From the NCBI RefSeq assembly GCF_009914755.1, contig NC_060934.1: a stretch of DNA of 64,000 nt. One strand, 5' to 3'. The translations under genes and the position numbers were made by a program. Positions 33,490 to 52,727 of the stretch are shown here, piece after piece (position 1 is the stretch's first letter; every line of letters begins with the position of its first letter). The notes beneath the pieces are model-generated. The model had not been told where the DNA came from, ran no database searches, and saw only the letters and a program-made list of their open reading frames with translations. The DNA comes from the human T2T-CHM13v2.0 reference genome, Homo sapiens.

Positions 33490-35438
33490 TGATAATCAGA
33501 AGTGTCACTCAGCCCTCGACACTTGAGCCATGCACCTTCCAAGCCCAGCGACCATATCTGTGACATTCACCAAATATCTACTGCACAGAAACTCCAAGTC
33601 TGTTGTTTTGGCCTCCTTCTGTGCTATAGATGGCCAGGTAAAGAAACAAAAACCTCATTAGGAAATGGTGAATGTGTAGCAAAAGAAGCACTTCTTTTTC
33701 ATTTGAAAGAAGAATTTCAATCTAAAATCCTAAAGTGCATGGTAGAAACTAACAGAAAGGAAAATTAGCAATTAGGAGAAGAATCACTTCTCATTATATG
33801 CAATTAATTAAACAACCTGAACATTACTTAAAACAAATACTATATATACACAGACATAAGGAGATCCCCAACAGAAAGAAAAATCAAGGAGTGTTTTGGC
33901 CAATCTGAATAGGCAAACATTAAAGGATGTTGAAAAATCGTCTATTCATAGTCAATCAATTAATTAATTTTCACCATGCATAGTTAAAATCACATATTAC
34001 ACAAATATATTAATTTGGGAAAATTACATTTTCTACTTATATTTCATAGAAAATAACAGTGTAAATTTTCCCATGTATCTTCAAATATATAACAATCCCA
34101 ATGATATGATCAATGAAAGAGAGTTTTGCCTACTTGGAAATACGAGCCATTTCATATGTTGAAAAAAGTCAACTATTCAATTATAATATGTATTTAATAA
34201 ATTTAACTACATGTAAACATTTTACAGTATATTATGTAAATTAATTAAAATAGTGCCTTCTCCACTTATATTGTGTGAAACAAATGTTTTCAAACCTTTC
34301 ACATGCATTTTAGTATCACTGTTCTCATTGACATGCAGTCGGTTTTTGTCATTTAATAGTTTTACCTGCTCCAACACCAGCAATTTTATATTCACTGTTT
34401 AAACTATAACACTTTTCTAACACTGCATAGCCTTATTTCTAAAAGTTGGACGATGATTCACAAGTACTCATTCCCAAACATTAGAAATGCTGTTGTTGTT
34501 GTTTACATATCATATTCTCTCTGTGTGCTTTATACACATTCCCACACATAAGAATCAGTGTATTATTTTTATGTAGACCTTAAAAGTTTCTTAGGTTTTC
34601 TGCCTTCTGCTGTAATAATATTTTTTATGATATAATAGTAACATTTTATGAATTTTGATTCCATCAAAGAACCTACATAAATATTTATAAATTTCCTTTT
34701 AGTCTAATGTTCTTCTCTAATATAAAGTATGTTAGATTTATAAAGAATCCAGCAAAATGGTAGATTCCCAAAGCAAAATGTGCTACCACCAATTAGCTAG
34801 ATGTTTGATAAATTACACCAAGCATACTTTAAATATTTTAAATATATTTATAACTCTAAATATAAATACTTTAAAATATAGTTTTAGGGCTCACAAGTAG
34901 GGGAAGAGTCTAAGGGTCAAAAATAGATAAAAATAAACTGAAACCACAAAAGGACATAAACAAAAGCACAAACAATAAAACTATTGCTGCCTCAAGTGCA
35001 AAATTTGGTATCATAAATGACTACTGTGAGGGCTTAACAAAGACTTAAGAAAATGGAAATCTAGACCTCAAGATGTGCAACCTGGAAACTCAGGCCTGGA
35101 GGATGCTGGATAAAGCTGAAATTCTTGAAATGTCTACATCCTCAGTGGAGTTGGGGTGAGAGAAAAGTATCTGTACAAAGAGTAGTGGAATTCAAGTTCT
35201 CTCTGGCCTAACATAAAGCAAATAAATACTGCCATCAATGCTCTTACTACTATGACTGCAGCTACAGCAGTGAGTCTGACTACTAACTACTGCTCTAATA
35301 CTTCCACAGACACTACTACAAATCTAGTATTACAGTAACAATTACCATGAGGACAATATCACCACCATCATCTTAATGAGTTTATTAGCAAAAGTACAAA
35401 AACACGAGGACCCAAGACAGTATAAATAAAAGTCAGCA

Positions 35439-35780
<342 letters not shown>

Positions 35781-36023
35781 CTACTGATATTAAAACAGAA
35801 TTTCAGAGAAGTGTGTATATATGTTTTTGAAATAAAAATACTCCTGATAAAATAACAAGGAGGTTATAAAATATAAATATAAAGCTGATCAGACAGTTTT
35901 GGATAATATAGAGCAAAATAAAACTGAAAACATAACTGAACAAAATAGAACTTAAGAACAAAAAAATGGAAAATAAAAACTAATAATTGTAATTAAATTT
36001 ATTATTTTAAAAAAATGAAATGA

Positions 36024-36270
36024 GGCCAGGCGCGGTGGCTTATGCCTGTAATTGCAGCACTTTGGGAGGTCAAGGCGGGCTGATCACGAGGTCAAGAGAT
36101 TGAGACCATCCTGGCCAACATGTGAAACCCCGTCTCTACTAAAAGTACAAAAATTAGCTGGGCATGGTGTCATGCCTCTGTAGTCCCAGCTACTTGGGAG
36201 GCTGAGGGAGGACAATCAGAGGTTGCTGTGAGCCAATACCGCGCCTCTGCACTCCAGATAAAAAAAAAAA
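36024..36270 (+). mobile_element. AluSc-like with right-arm deletions
   Basis: gtcaagagattgagaccatcc. Confidence 0.88.
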
Positions 36271-36600
36271 GGGGGGGGGATTAGAAAATTAGAGAATCAA
36301 GACAAATCTGAAGAAGTTACCAAAGACAAAGCACAGTACAATAAAGAAATAGAAAATAGGATGGACCTTTAGGGACGTACTGGTTACTTTCAGAATTCCT
36401 AGTATAAAACAAACTGGAATTTCTAAAGAAGAAAATAGAGAAAACCAGGCAGAAATATTATGAAAGATAAAAAATCGATAAATGTAGGAAGCATCCACTA
36501 GGCAGGACAAATAAAAACAAATCAAAATGTGGACATTAAAAAAAAAAATTGAAAAACATAATGACAAAAAAAGCTCAAAAGTTGCCAGAAAGAAGTTTCA

Positions 36601-36933
<333 letters not shown>

Positions 36934-37522
36934 CTACATATTTCTTAGCAGTAGTAGTGGAAGCAAACCTATAATGGAAGAATTGCTTCAAAGCGCTGAG
37001 ACAAAAAAAAAAGGTTAACTTAGCCTTATGCACCCAATAAAAATATTTTTCAAGAATTAGCTTGTAGCAAAAATGAAAATCACTACCAACTTAAAAAAAT
37101 ATGTATCAGGAAGGAGTAAAAGGACTAAGTAAGACAGCTTTTATGATGCAAGAAGAAATAGGAAGCACAAAAGCAGTTTAATTTTTTTAAAAAGTGTAAA
37201 AGCAACAAATATTTTTAGTTTGAAACAATAGTACTAAACTATGACTAATGGGATTAAAGCAAAAGATAATAAGAGATCTAAAATTCAGGTAAACAGAAGC
37301 ATGAATTATTGGGGTTAATTAAAGATCAAGTGCTCCAAGGTACTTTCATTAAAGGGAAGAATAAAGCTGCTATTGATTGACATTGGGCTTCATTAAGTAT
37401 GCATTGGAAAATGTAAAGGCAAATCACTAAAATACTGAAGATAATGACTATATGTTATATAATTTCCAGAATCTAGATTTATAACATTATTACAAACTTT
37501 ATACAGTATAATTTTAAGTCTA

Positions 37523-37819
37523 GGCCGGGCGCGGTGGCTCAGGCCTGTAATCCTAGCACTTTGGGAGGCCGAGGCGGGCGGATCACTTGAGGTATTTGAG
37601 AGTAGTCTGGCCAACATGACGAAACCCCGTCTCTACCTTAACCCCGGCTAAAATACAAAAATTAGCTGGGGATGGTGGCACACCTCTATAATCCCAGCTA
37701 CTCTGAAGGCTGAGGCAGGAGAATTGCTGGAGCCTGGAAGGCGGAGGTTGCAGTGGTCCAGCCTGGGAGACAGAACCAGACTCCGTCTCAAAATAAAAAA
37801 ATAAATAAATAAAAATAAA
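37523..37819 (+). mobile_element. AluS with indels
   Basis: Short insertion before the central A tract and a right-arm deletion. Confidence 0.9.
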
Positions 37820-38019
37820 TCTATAGCTGGAAAATTAAAGAACTAAATAATAATAACAATCATCATAATAAAAATTAATCATCCAAAAAAGAGAGGAAAT
37901 TAAGAGAAAGTGGAACATAGAGAAATAAAAAAGTAAAATGATTTAAAAATCCAAATATTTAAAAATCCAAATATATAAATAATCACTGGATTAAACTCAG
38001 TTTAAAACACATACAGACA

Positions 38020-38418
<399 letters not shown>

Positions 38419-38572
38419 TTAAAAATGAAAGAAATTTAAATTCAGAAAATAACAGAAACAACCCTGACATACCTATATTAATATCTGGCAAAATATACTG
38501 TAAGTCAGAAGCTGGTTGTAGGATGTGTAATGCCCTGCACAATGATTAATTTTTAGTTAAGAGAAGAAATAA

Positions 38573-38876
<304 letters not shown>

Positions 38877-39016
38877 AAAAATATTTAAAATACTAATTGA
38901 AACAGCAGAAAGAAACAATGTAGAAATCCACTATCATCTGGGAAGATGTCATACTGTACCTCTTACTGATTGTGAAGGTAGAGGATATTTTAAAAATCCA
39001 ATTTAAAACAGATTTA

Positions 39017-39327
<311 letters not shown>

Positions 39328-39848
39328 TTACAGAACCCTTCACCCTGCAATTAGAGGATACATACTTTTCTCAAATAGAATAGAATATTTATTGAAATTT
39401 ATCACAGTCTGGGTCATTATGCAAGCCTCAATTTCCAAAAAAGTGGTATGACACAGTATATTCTCTAATAGCAATGCATTTAAGATAAAAATAAATGACA
39501 CTCAAAAAGATATTGGGAAAATTAATTGTGCCTCAAAATTATTTTGGTTCAAGAAAATAATAAAATATGTTTTAAAATAATAATTAGAAGATAATATAAT
39601 GAAAATGCTGTATATTAAATACTGTAGGAGACAACTAAAATATATATTTATAATAATTAGTGCTCATATTACAAGAATGCTTGAAGGATAATAGACTTAC
39701 ATTGGAAGAAGTCTAGCAAAATAAAATCAGGGAAAGTAGACAAACATAGCTAATAAAGAGAAAAAATAAATAGAAAAACAGGATGTAGTAGAGAATATGA
39801 TTATAACAGAAGTTTTGTGGAAAGACCAATAAAAGAAGTAAACTTTTT

Positions 39849-40091
39849 GGCTGGACGCGGTGACTCACGCCTGTAATCCCAGCACTTTGGGAGGCCGAGG
39901 CGGGCAGATCATGGGGTCAGGAGATCGAGACCATCCTGGCTAACACGGTGAAACCCCGTCTCTACTAAAAATACTAAAAAATTAGCCGGGTGTAGTGGCG
40001 GGCGCCTGTAGTCCCACCTACTCTGGAGGCTGAGGCAGGAGAATGGCAGGACTGAGTGAGACTGTCTCAAAAAAAAATAAAAATAAATAAA
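39849..40091 (+). mobile_element. AluY with right-arm deletion
   Basis: gaatggc jumps to gagtgagact. Confidence 0.9.
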
Positions 40092-40199
40092 TTTCAAGAT
40101 AGAGCAAGCGAATGACAAAATACGTATATAATATTCAGAATGAATGATTTATGAAGTATCGATGCACAGAGATTTTTTAAATGAGAATATTTTTACTTT

Positions 40200-40650
40200 T
40201 TATTTTCTGTGTATAAAGCTACCCATGTGTCTATGGGTGGTCTGGGCAGTTCTGCTAATGTGATCTGTACTTGGCTGGTCTTGCCTGTACTGGCTGATGT
40301 ATCTGTGGGGGGTTTGGCTAGAGTCTGGCTGACCTAAGATGCCAGCCTAACCTAGGAGGACTCAAATGTCCTTAACATTTTTGTCAAATTTCTCAAACAG
40401 ACCAGACTTGACATGTTTCTGTGGCAGTGGTAGAGTCCCAGAAAGGTTGCAGAAATGTCCAAGTGTTTTTTCAAACTTCTGCTTGCATCTGTTGGCCAAA
40501 CCTACTGTCCTGTTGGCCAAACCTTTCTGTCTTGTGGGCCAAACCAAATCACATGCCCAAGGTACATAGAGGCATGGAAAACTGTGGTCACTAATAAAAT
40601 TAATCTGCCTCAAATATTAGGGAACACATTTTGCAATTTTCTTTGATATA
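40200..40650 (-). mobile_element. Old MaLR (MLT1-type) LTR
   Basis: ctgggcagttctgct and ccaaatcacatgcccaa motifs. Confidence 0.5.
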
Positions 40651-43374
40651 CCAAACTTCCAGAAAAACATAAATGACTGAAACTGACAAGAAAACGATGG
40701 CAAGTTTAAATAATTCTATAACCATTAAAGAAATTGAATCAGTAGTTAAAAATCATCCCACAAAGAAAACCTCAAGCTAAAGTGTTTAAGAGCTAAACAC
40801 TTAAAGAGGTAAGTTTAAAATTTTTTCAAGATTCTGCTAATTTCACATGCATAGAATGCACCCATACACTGGAAAATCAGAGAATATTATTTGATTAATC
40901 TATAAATTGTGAATAATTTTGATTCTCAAACCAGATAAATATGTTTCCAGAAAATAAAACCACTGACTAATGTAATGAAAATAGATTCAGAAGTTATAAA
41001 GAAAATGTGATTGAACTGGCCCCTCATAAGAAGCTGCCAATCTCCTAGGCATTTGCTGCCTCACTTAGGATGGTATCTCAGGGTCGCACAGGTCCTGCTC
41101 CTGCCTGGCACTCACCTGGGCCATACTCGAAGTGGCCCTCACAGCCTGGGTCTGGCAAGAGAGCAGGCATTGAAACAGGTCCATCTTGGGAAAGAAACAG
41201 AGGCCTCACAAACACTTCTATGAGGAATATGTAGACAAGCCTTGAATCTAGCCTTCAAAGTGGAGGAAAAGAAATCACAGTGCCCTCCCTAGCAGTTCAC
41301 AGCACAACTCAACACTCTTTAATGTACAAAAATGATCATGCCAACACAAAACTAGAAGCATAAAAAGATAATTCAAAAGAAAAGCAGCTATCAGAAAAAG
41401 AAAATGCAAAAAAAAAAAAAAGGATAAAAAAGAGACTGAGATCATATGGAGAATGAAGCCAAAACAGATTTTGCTTCCAGGCTCCTATAAAACTAGAATT
41501 TTTTCCTGAGAAGCTGCTAGCAAACTCTTTAACTAAGCCAGAGAGAGAGAAAGAGAGAGAGAAAGAAAAGATATTCTTTCAATAAATGATCAGATAATGG
41601 CAGAGAAAGAATCAAAGGGTTTTTTTTCATTTTTATTGATCAATTTTGTTGATCAAGAAAACCCCATCATCACTGATTACCCAGTAGATTTCGAATTAAA
41701 AAGAAAAGATTAAGAATGACTAACATTGCATAGAAAAACCAAAAGAACATTTCAATGACCCTGTATTCTAAAGCCATGGTTTACAACAGACCAGATATGA
41801 CCATGTATTATAAAAAATACAAGAAAGCTATTGGTTCAAAAATAATTGAGGAAAGTGTTTAACTGTTGTTTGAGCACATAAGACAATTCGTTGTCTTATT
41901 TCTTTGGATTGGCTGTTTTCTAGGACCTTTATGTAGATGAGTCAGTTGTCTAGGTTTTCTTTTGGCAAGTCCCTGATTAAACACCTGATTATTGGATTCC
42001 ATAGGGCAAACTAGGGGTAACTGAAAAAAAAATATGATGTCCAGAAAGCACTGTAGGTGTTCCAGATGGTTCCTACAGGTTTCATAGTTTGTCAAAGGGC
42101 AAATGGCAGCACTCTTGTGCCTTGGCAGGTTCCTAGTAAGAGGAAAACAAAGGAAGATTCTGAGGTCACAAGCAATAATATTTCTTAGGTTGAGATTTGA
42201 AAAGTAGTAGTGAGTAGCATGGCTTGTGTTGTTTCTCTTACTCTCCTGGCTCCCTGAGCCCACGTGCCTAATCATGAGACATTCCCTGTGACATCCATTG
42301 CCAAGGACAGGCTTCGTGGGATAAAGGGGGCTGAATGCACCTGGCATGAATGCCCAGGTGAATAGTGCATGCATGCTGCCACTTCTGGTTAGATGTATCT
42401 TGCCAGAATCAATGTCTTTGGACTAATATCATGTCATATCAGGGCCAAAACCTTTCTCCATCCTGCATACATGTCTAGTCACATGTCATAGACATCTGGG
42501 CTCGCTTTAGAGTCTTTTCAATTTGTTGCAAGGCAATCTTACATGTAAGAGAAGTAGGTGGCTGTACACAGGATTGGTAATGAGAGATCATAGGAACAAA
42601 CTCTTGCCTCAATATATTTCCCCATATCGAGGAATCTGTATTCTGTTTATTTTTGGATTAGGAGTTGCCATCTCCAGGTCCTAGTCGGTCCTCCATCATG
42701 TGATGAGTGCAACACAGCAAGATGAATAGTCACACATTAAATGCATTTTCATCAGACTTTACAAGATGACTGTCTTCCAAAGATAAAATAAGAGCTCTGA
42801 AAGTAATGAACAAGGTGAGTGGAAAGGATGACAGAAGAGGAGGAAGTGAGAAGAAAAGTGAGGGGGACAAAAGACTGTGCTCTCCTAGTCTACAGACGTG
42901 GCTGTATTCCCTCTCCATCTCTTCAAGTGCATGCAAATGAAATTTCATGTGAGCAAATTTGTGTATATGTGTGTCAGTGTGAATGAGGAAGAGAGAGAGA
43001 GGAAGGATATGTGTGTGAGTATGTGAGTTTTTTTCAGAGAAATCAGCTTTGAACTGTTCAGTTTACCCCAGAGCTTCCACTGTTCCCAGGAGCACCAACC
43101 CCAGCTCTGAACCTGGAGCTGGTGAGGAAGGCAGGCAGCTGTGCATTAGGCTGCGGCGACTGCAGCTATGGAATGGACTGCATTCTGCTCCATCCTCTTA
43201 GTGAGGGGATGCTGGTGAAATGGGCTTCTTACTTGATTCAGGAGATTAGTAAACATGCCCAGAAAAAGCATTTTTCAAGAATTCACTATGATCTCACTAA
43301 TTCACCAGTTACTGATCAATTAACAACAAACCATTTAAATGAATGCATATAAATATGATTAAAAAATTTTTTTT

Positions 43375-43784
<410 letters not shown>

Positions 43785-43899
43785 CTATAGGATTGTTTAA
43801 TGTGTATTTTAAATCTTTTTACTTTCAGATATGGGATGATTTAATCTAAGTGTGTGCCATGAACTGCTTTGAGACCTTAATAATCAGTAACAGCAATAA

Positions 43900-44060
43900 A
43901 AGGCAAAAGAGAAGCAACAATAAAAACTAAAATTCAATCAAGGCTTACATTGCAAGTCACTGTTCTAAGTGCTAATGGCATCAACCATTTAGTACTCATA
44001 ATCTTACAACCAAAATTTATTATCCCATTTTACAGATGAGGATAATGAGGTGAGATTTAA
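43900..44060 (-). mobile_element. MIR
   Basis: ttattatcccattttacagatgagga core. Confidence 0.75.
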
Positions 44061-44476
44061 CTATAAATTACTAACATGAAAATACAATCTTTAAAATTTC
44101 TAAAAAATAGTTTATGTTTTGAAATAGCAAACAATATTTTTACCTTTAAAACATATTTACAAATTTAATGTCAGAAAAAGCATTCTAGGAAAACTCAGTA
44201 GAATTTAATGTGAAAATATTGTGTGGATCTCTTTATGGCCTATAAGCTTAAAACGACTTAATACCTGCTCTTGAAGAGTACACTCCAACCTGGCTATACT
44301 CAAACTTTTGTTCAAAATGGATTTTAAGAATGTAGATTTCTCCTTGTAGTAAATAAGCTTAATTCTGCTAGCCCAAGTCAACTCTTGGACTATGTGAAAA
44401 TGCAAGTGGCTAGTATTTGCATGGATAGACTCAAGTTACCTTGAGTTGGCTGGCCTCAACCATGTGTAGAACTCAC

Positions 44477-44716
44477 ACTTTCTCCTTGCCTATCCTTTTG
44501 CACTGCACCAGTATCTGAGTTGATCGTCTTTTCCATTAGGGGTTTCTGCCAGTTCATTGGACTTCTCAAGAAGTCATTGTTCTGACAGGATCCCATAACA
44601 CACCCCACAAGAAGGCTCATGTTAGAACAATGCAGGCTCAAAGAGCACTTCAAGAAAAAGAAGGGCTGGTCCGGAATGAGAATGGCGGTGGTTTGGCTAA
44701 CCTAGTTTCCTCTCTT
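44477..44716 (-). other. Candidate 240-nt exon
   Basis: Strong acceptor tttctttctttttttctcag and donor AGT|GTGAGT; ATG at 44620 gives 48 codons (MSLLVGCVMGSCQ...DRQGES) to a phase-0 donor. Confidence 0.5.
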
Positions 44717-45955
44717 CTGAGAAAAAAAGAAAGAAATTCAACTTTATGGGTAGAAGGTCTTTTCCCAAAGCAATTCCTGGATGTTTGACAAATTTTCTCA
44801 ATAAAAAAGATTACTGAACGCAGAAATACCATTTAGGACATAAAACGGAGGCCAAGGAAAATAAACCATTTAGTTTATTTTCAGAATCATTATTAATTCC
44901 TCAGGGCCCAGTTAAGCAACATTTTTATAACAATACAATTTAAAGGCTATTGCATAATATTACATTTTGAACTGACAGGGTAGTAAGTGCTTGCTTTTAT
45001 TGAATGTTCCATACAATATTTCTCTTAAAGTTCAGTGCTATGCTGTATATTAGTTTATTTTTTAATGCCAAAATCCTTCATTTACAAAGAGTTTTTAATA
45101 GAGGTATAATGGTGAGAAATCAATATTAGTATAATAGACAGACATGAAAAGGTAATATTCACTGTGTAAATTTGCTATGTGTTTATTAAAAATTTCACTG
45201 ACGCGAAGTCAATTCAATTTGGAAAATGTATCCGTTGACTGCTCTCTACTAGGAATAAGCTAAATATTGTAAAAATAATAATAATAATAATGCCCATCCT
45301 CAAGGATACTACTACTCTCTGTGAAATAACAGAACCTGAGATGGAGGGCTAGTCATTGGGAACAATGTTCTACTCTTACAGCATTAAGTAAATACGGGAT
45401 ATGAAGCAGATGATACAGGCTTTGATTTTCTCATCTGTAAAACAAGAAAATTAAATTTAACTTAGAAACGGTGAAGATATTTTCTCAAAATTTTGTATAC
45501 TTGTACTTCTCTTTCTATAATTCACTTTCCATTCTACCCTAAACCTTATTAGTAAGCAAGAGTTCTAATCAGACATTAGTAATCACCTGATATAAATGCA
45601 TGTTCACAGCTGGTACCACACTATCACAATGTGATGACTTTAGATGGTGCCCAAAGTGCTGTTTACATGGTGGCCACATATGCTCAAAAGTTTTTTAAAA
45701 GTTACATTTGTTGATGTGTTCACACCACTGTGTTGTTTTGGAAAATAGCCAAGAACCCATCTGCTTAATTTTTTTAGACCTTTGGTATAGAGGTAATCTT
45801 ACTTGTATTCCAACTTAGACGTGTACCAAGACCTAACAAATAGTTTATTAGAACAATGCTAAGGCATCCAAACCAAAAAATTAACAGGTGGTGCCTAAAA
45901 ATTACTAGTTTTTTTTGTTTCAATTAATCAGTTAGTTTAACAAATTTTAGTTTTT

Positions 45956-46256
<301 letters not shown>

Positions 46257-46659
46257 TTAGTTTTCCAGATGTGCTAGGTATTTAGGTATTAAATCACCTC
46301 AGAGAAGAGTTTGAACAAAACAGATATTGTAAAACTTGGTTTTTATTGCTAAAAATAGAAAGTCTGAAGATTGGAAATTTGACCTAATGTTAGCCTCCAA
46401 TTAGCCTCCTTGAACAAATTCAAAGCAGAGCCTGGAGATGGAAGGCATCGAGGACGTCATCACCTGCACTTCCAAGGGCTGCTGTGAAATGAGGAAAATC
46501 ACCTTCTTATCTCAGCACCAGGCTTGTGGATGCAAAGTCCCAGGGCATGCCTAGGTTCTTTGTTTACCATTTACACAAATTTCCTCCTATCACTGATTCT
46601 GAAGACATTTTCAAAAAACACACAAATATGTGCTTTCATATATTAACAGATGATAAAAG

Positions 46660-46770
46660 GAAAGAGGGTGGTTAAGAGCTAGATGGAACCACGCTTGAAG
46701 CCCATTCCCACTTATTTGCTCTCTGACACATACTTGACCTTTCTGAGATTTCATTTCCAAATTGATAAAA
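46660..46770 (+). mobile_element. MIR fragment
   Basis: gtggttaagagc...acttgacctttctgagatttcatttcc. Confidence 0.6.
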
Positions 46771-47362
46771 TACAGCTTTGTGCAGTGGCAGCTTCTGACG
46801 TGAAGCAAGGCTCTCAGAAACTGTTGCCTCCCCCTCTCCTTCCTATTCTGCCTCTTCTACATTGCTAAGCAGTCTGGTGGCATCTCCTAATGAGACTGAA
46901 GCAAAAAGGAATTATGGATTACCACCTCCAGCTGGAGATTAACCAGAAGGTCCATACTGAAAGAAGACCTGAGCACAAAAGTGGACTACCATGAAAGCCT
47001 TAAAAGTTTTATACATGAGGAACCATATCTTCGACAAGAGCACACATCAGTATATATGTATTAAACATGTGGTGTAGAGGAAGACCCTTCCTATTTCAAT
47101 GAAATTAGAGATCATTTGATATATCATGAATTTCTAGTTTTTTTAAAAAAAATTTACATGTATAAACTTGCCGAGTATTGGCTTTGATTGGCTTTAGGGC
47201 CTGGTGAGGGAGCTGGGGGTATGGGGAGGAGATTCAAAAGAGGGAAGGTCTTGACTCTCTGTAGCTCCTTCACAGTTAAAAGTAGCAATTTTCAGCAAAG
47301 TGTTCAATTTCTGAGCATCAAAATATATGTTTTTGAAAATGAAAATGGAAAATGAGGACTAG

Positions 47363-47687
<325 letters not shown>

Positions 47688-48011
47688 TTTATGGGGTATT
47701 TTTAAGGTGATTACCAATCAAGCTAACATGAGCTGGTGCAAATGGTGAAGTGGTCAGAATTAATAGAGAAAGTAGATGGCCTAGAGTAGGATTTAAGAGT
47801 GAGTGGTCTTTCCTGCAGGTTGTGGTTAATTTTAGATCCCAATGATCTTTACAGAGGAAGGGAGCTCAAATACCTATTATAAATAGCATCAGAGATTCTA
47901 TTTTTAGATTGTTAACTAAAGGAGTTTTTCTTTGATTTAGCAAGAGAATGCTTGTATTCCACTGATACTGAGTATCCAAGACAAGTTGATTATGTATTAA
48001 ATTCCAATCAT

Positions 48012-48370
<359 letters not shown>

Positions 48371-48759
48371 TTATTGAAAAAAGTTTTAAAAATAAAGCCA
48401 CAAGGCATATGATCCCTTGAAATAATGGCAATAGAATTTAATCAGCAATAGAATTTTCCAAATCATAAGAGAAAATTGTATGATGTATTGACAGGAGAAA
48501 AGTTTAGTGCAGGACAGCAGCTGCTATGTGTAAGGAAGATTGAGATAAATTACTTAAGTTTTTAGAGTTTTTATAGTTGTTTAATATTCAGATTTACCCA
48601 TGCTTTAGAGCACAGAGCAAATCCCCTCTTTTCCTGTCCATGACTTATGAGTTTCTTCCTATTCTTCTAGTGCATTAAAAAAGGTCTCAGTTGTAGTATT
48701 TTGCATAATCTAGTTTATAATCCCACCTAAAAATTTATGATAGTCTTTTCCCTCTAGAG

Positions 48760-49066
48760 CAATTGTATGCAATAGAAATATAATGTGAGTCACTTATGTC
48801 ATTTAAAATTTTCTAGTAGCCATATTAGAAAAGGTAAAAAATGCAGGGGTATCAAGTTTGGTAATATTTTAATTTTATCTAAAATATAATTATTTCAACA
48901 TATAACCAATGTAAAATTATTAATGAAATATTACATATTTTTCATACTAAGTCTTTGAAATCCAGTGTGCATTCAACAGTTCAGGTACATCTTAATTTGG
49001 ACTAACCACATATCAAGTGTTCAATAGCTACACATAGGTAAGTGGCTACTGGTTTGAACAGTACAG
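48760..49066. mobile_element. MER33-like hAT-Charlie element
   Basis: 8-bp TSD CTCTAGAG at 48752-48759 and 49067-49074; caatagaaatataatgtgag...gtggctac motifs. Confidence 0.85.
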
Positions 49067-49118
49067 CTCTAGAGCTTATTTCTCTACAATGTACCCTATT
49101 ATTATTTTTAGAATCTTC

Positions 49119-49412
49119 TTTTTTTTTTTTTGAGACCGAGTCTCACTCTGTGGCCTAGGCTGGAGTGCAGTGGCACGATCTCGGCTCACTGCAGCCTCCT
49201 CCTCCTGGGTTCAAGCAATTCTCTGCCTCAGCCTCCAGAGTAGCTGGGATTACAGGTGCCTGCCACCATGCCTGGCTAATTTTTGTATTTTTAGTAGAGA
49301 CAGGGTTTCACCATCTTGGCCAGGCTTGTCTTGAACTCTTGACCTCAGGTGATCCACCGGCCTTGGCCTCCCAAAGTGCTGGGATTACAGGCGTGAGCCA
49401 CCGCGCCGGGCC
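49119..49412 (-). mobile_element. AluSq/Sx-like
   Basis: TSD TAGAATCTTCT. Confidence 0.93.
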
Positions 49413-50660
49413 TAGAATCTTCTATAATACCATGAGTAGCATTTGGCACATGAGATACTCAGTATTAAAAAATGTATTGAATTAAACGTATCTTTAGTTA
49501 TTTCAAGGCAATGAGATCAGTGAGAATCTATGAGTAGCTTTAACCATGCAGAGTTCTTGTCTCAAACGGGAGCACTCATCTGGGCCAAAATCATCCTGTC
49601 CAATGACACTTCTAGAAGCACATGAAAACAGAAGTGTGCTAGTGAGAGTTAAATGAGCCCAGAAACGAGTGCTGGGCATTTGTTTGACAGGCCAGTGGAT
49701 TCTGCTTTGACTCCAGCCCTCAGTGTGAACCATCCCTTCCAGGACGCTGACCTGAGTTTCCTGGCCATGGGGTACACCTTTTTCACTGCATCTGGTACCA
49801 GGACACCAAGTAACCTTCCCTTTCTTTTGAGGTAGCACTGACTCTTGCACTTTGGCTTTAGAATTCTTTGAAATTGGACCCGGAGAGGCAAGGACACTAA
49901 ATGACATCCTTTATCCCTTAATCCTTAAGTAATCACCAGAAAAGCCAGTTCTTCGAAAGGGGAGCTCCTCAAGCCTTTTTCTGAAGCCAGTGTGATAATA
50001 TATCCTCAGAAGCTGAGGTCTTTAAGCCAAGGCATCTAAAAGCAAGGATGCGTTACTGGTCTGATCATGAACTCTAAATCCACTTTCAATCCTGTCATTT
50101 ATAGACCCTCTTCTGTGACCCAACAGACTTGTCTAAATTCCCTGATAAAAACTTAATAGTTTGCCAACAATCCACTATTTTGTAGGCCAGTTAAGTCTTG
50201 ACAGATAAACACGCCTTTAAATATGTTTTGTAAATTCCCCCATATTACACAGCTACTGGTTTCTACAAAGACACAAGATTAAGACATAATATTCTGCCTA
50301 TAGTAAAAATAAATAGCATATGTGTTCTGATAGCCTCATCAGTAACTTTAACTAGACAAACAAGGTCTTGTCCCAAACAGGAACACTGATCTGAGCCAAA
50401 ATTATCCAGTGTTCTGAGATTCATCTCAATTATATATTTGCTTCTTGTTTATTTCCTTAGAGACTAGGCTTTATTTTTTTTTTCTATTTAAATTCCAGTG
50501 CCATCACTTGCCAACTTTATGTCTTTGGGATTTTCACACTTAAGAAAATCAATCATCTTTTAAATATATCCTAACTGAAATGCCAGTTTTATAATTTAAT
50601 AGTAGCTTTTGTTTGTTCTGTATTTCTCTGTTTGCATTTTTTTTTTAGTGTTCAAATATG

Positions 50661-50664
50661 TATG

Positions 50665-50740
<76 letters not shown>
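50661..50740. repeat. (TA)n microsatellite
   Basis: Seen directly. Confidence 0.97.
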
Positions 50741-50743
<3 letters not shown>

Positions 50744-50744
50744 A

Positions 50745-52592
<1,848 letters not shown>

Positions 52593-52727
52593 TTTGTTTG
52601 CATTTTAAATATCTTAGAATCACAGTCTGTGGGAATCTCAGAAGTTCTCTGGTACAATTTCCTGATTTTATATTTGAAGATATAATGACCTATTTTGTGC
52701 AAGTTCATGAAGCTCAAGTTCATGATC

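Noticed and set aside
41859-42374. 171-aa minus-strand ORF, the longest in the window
   Set aside because: No recognisable homology or domain; consistent with a chance ORF
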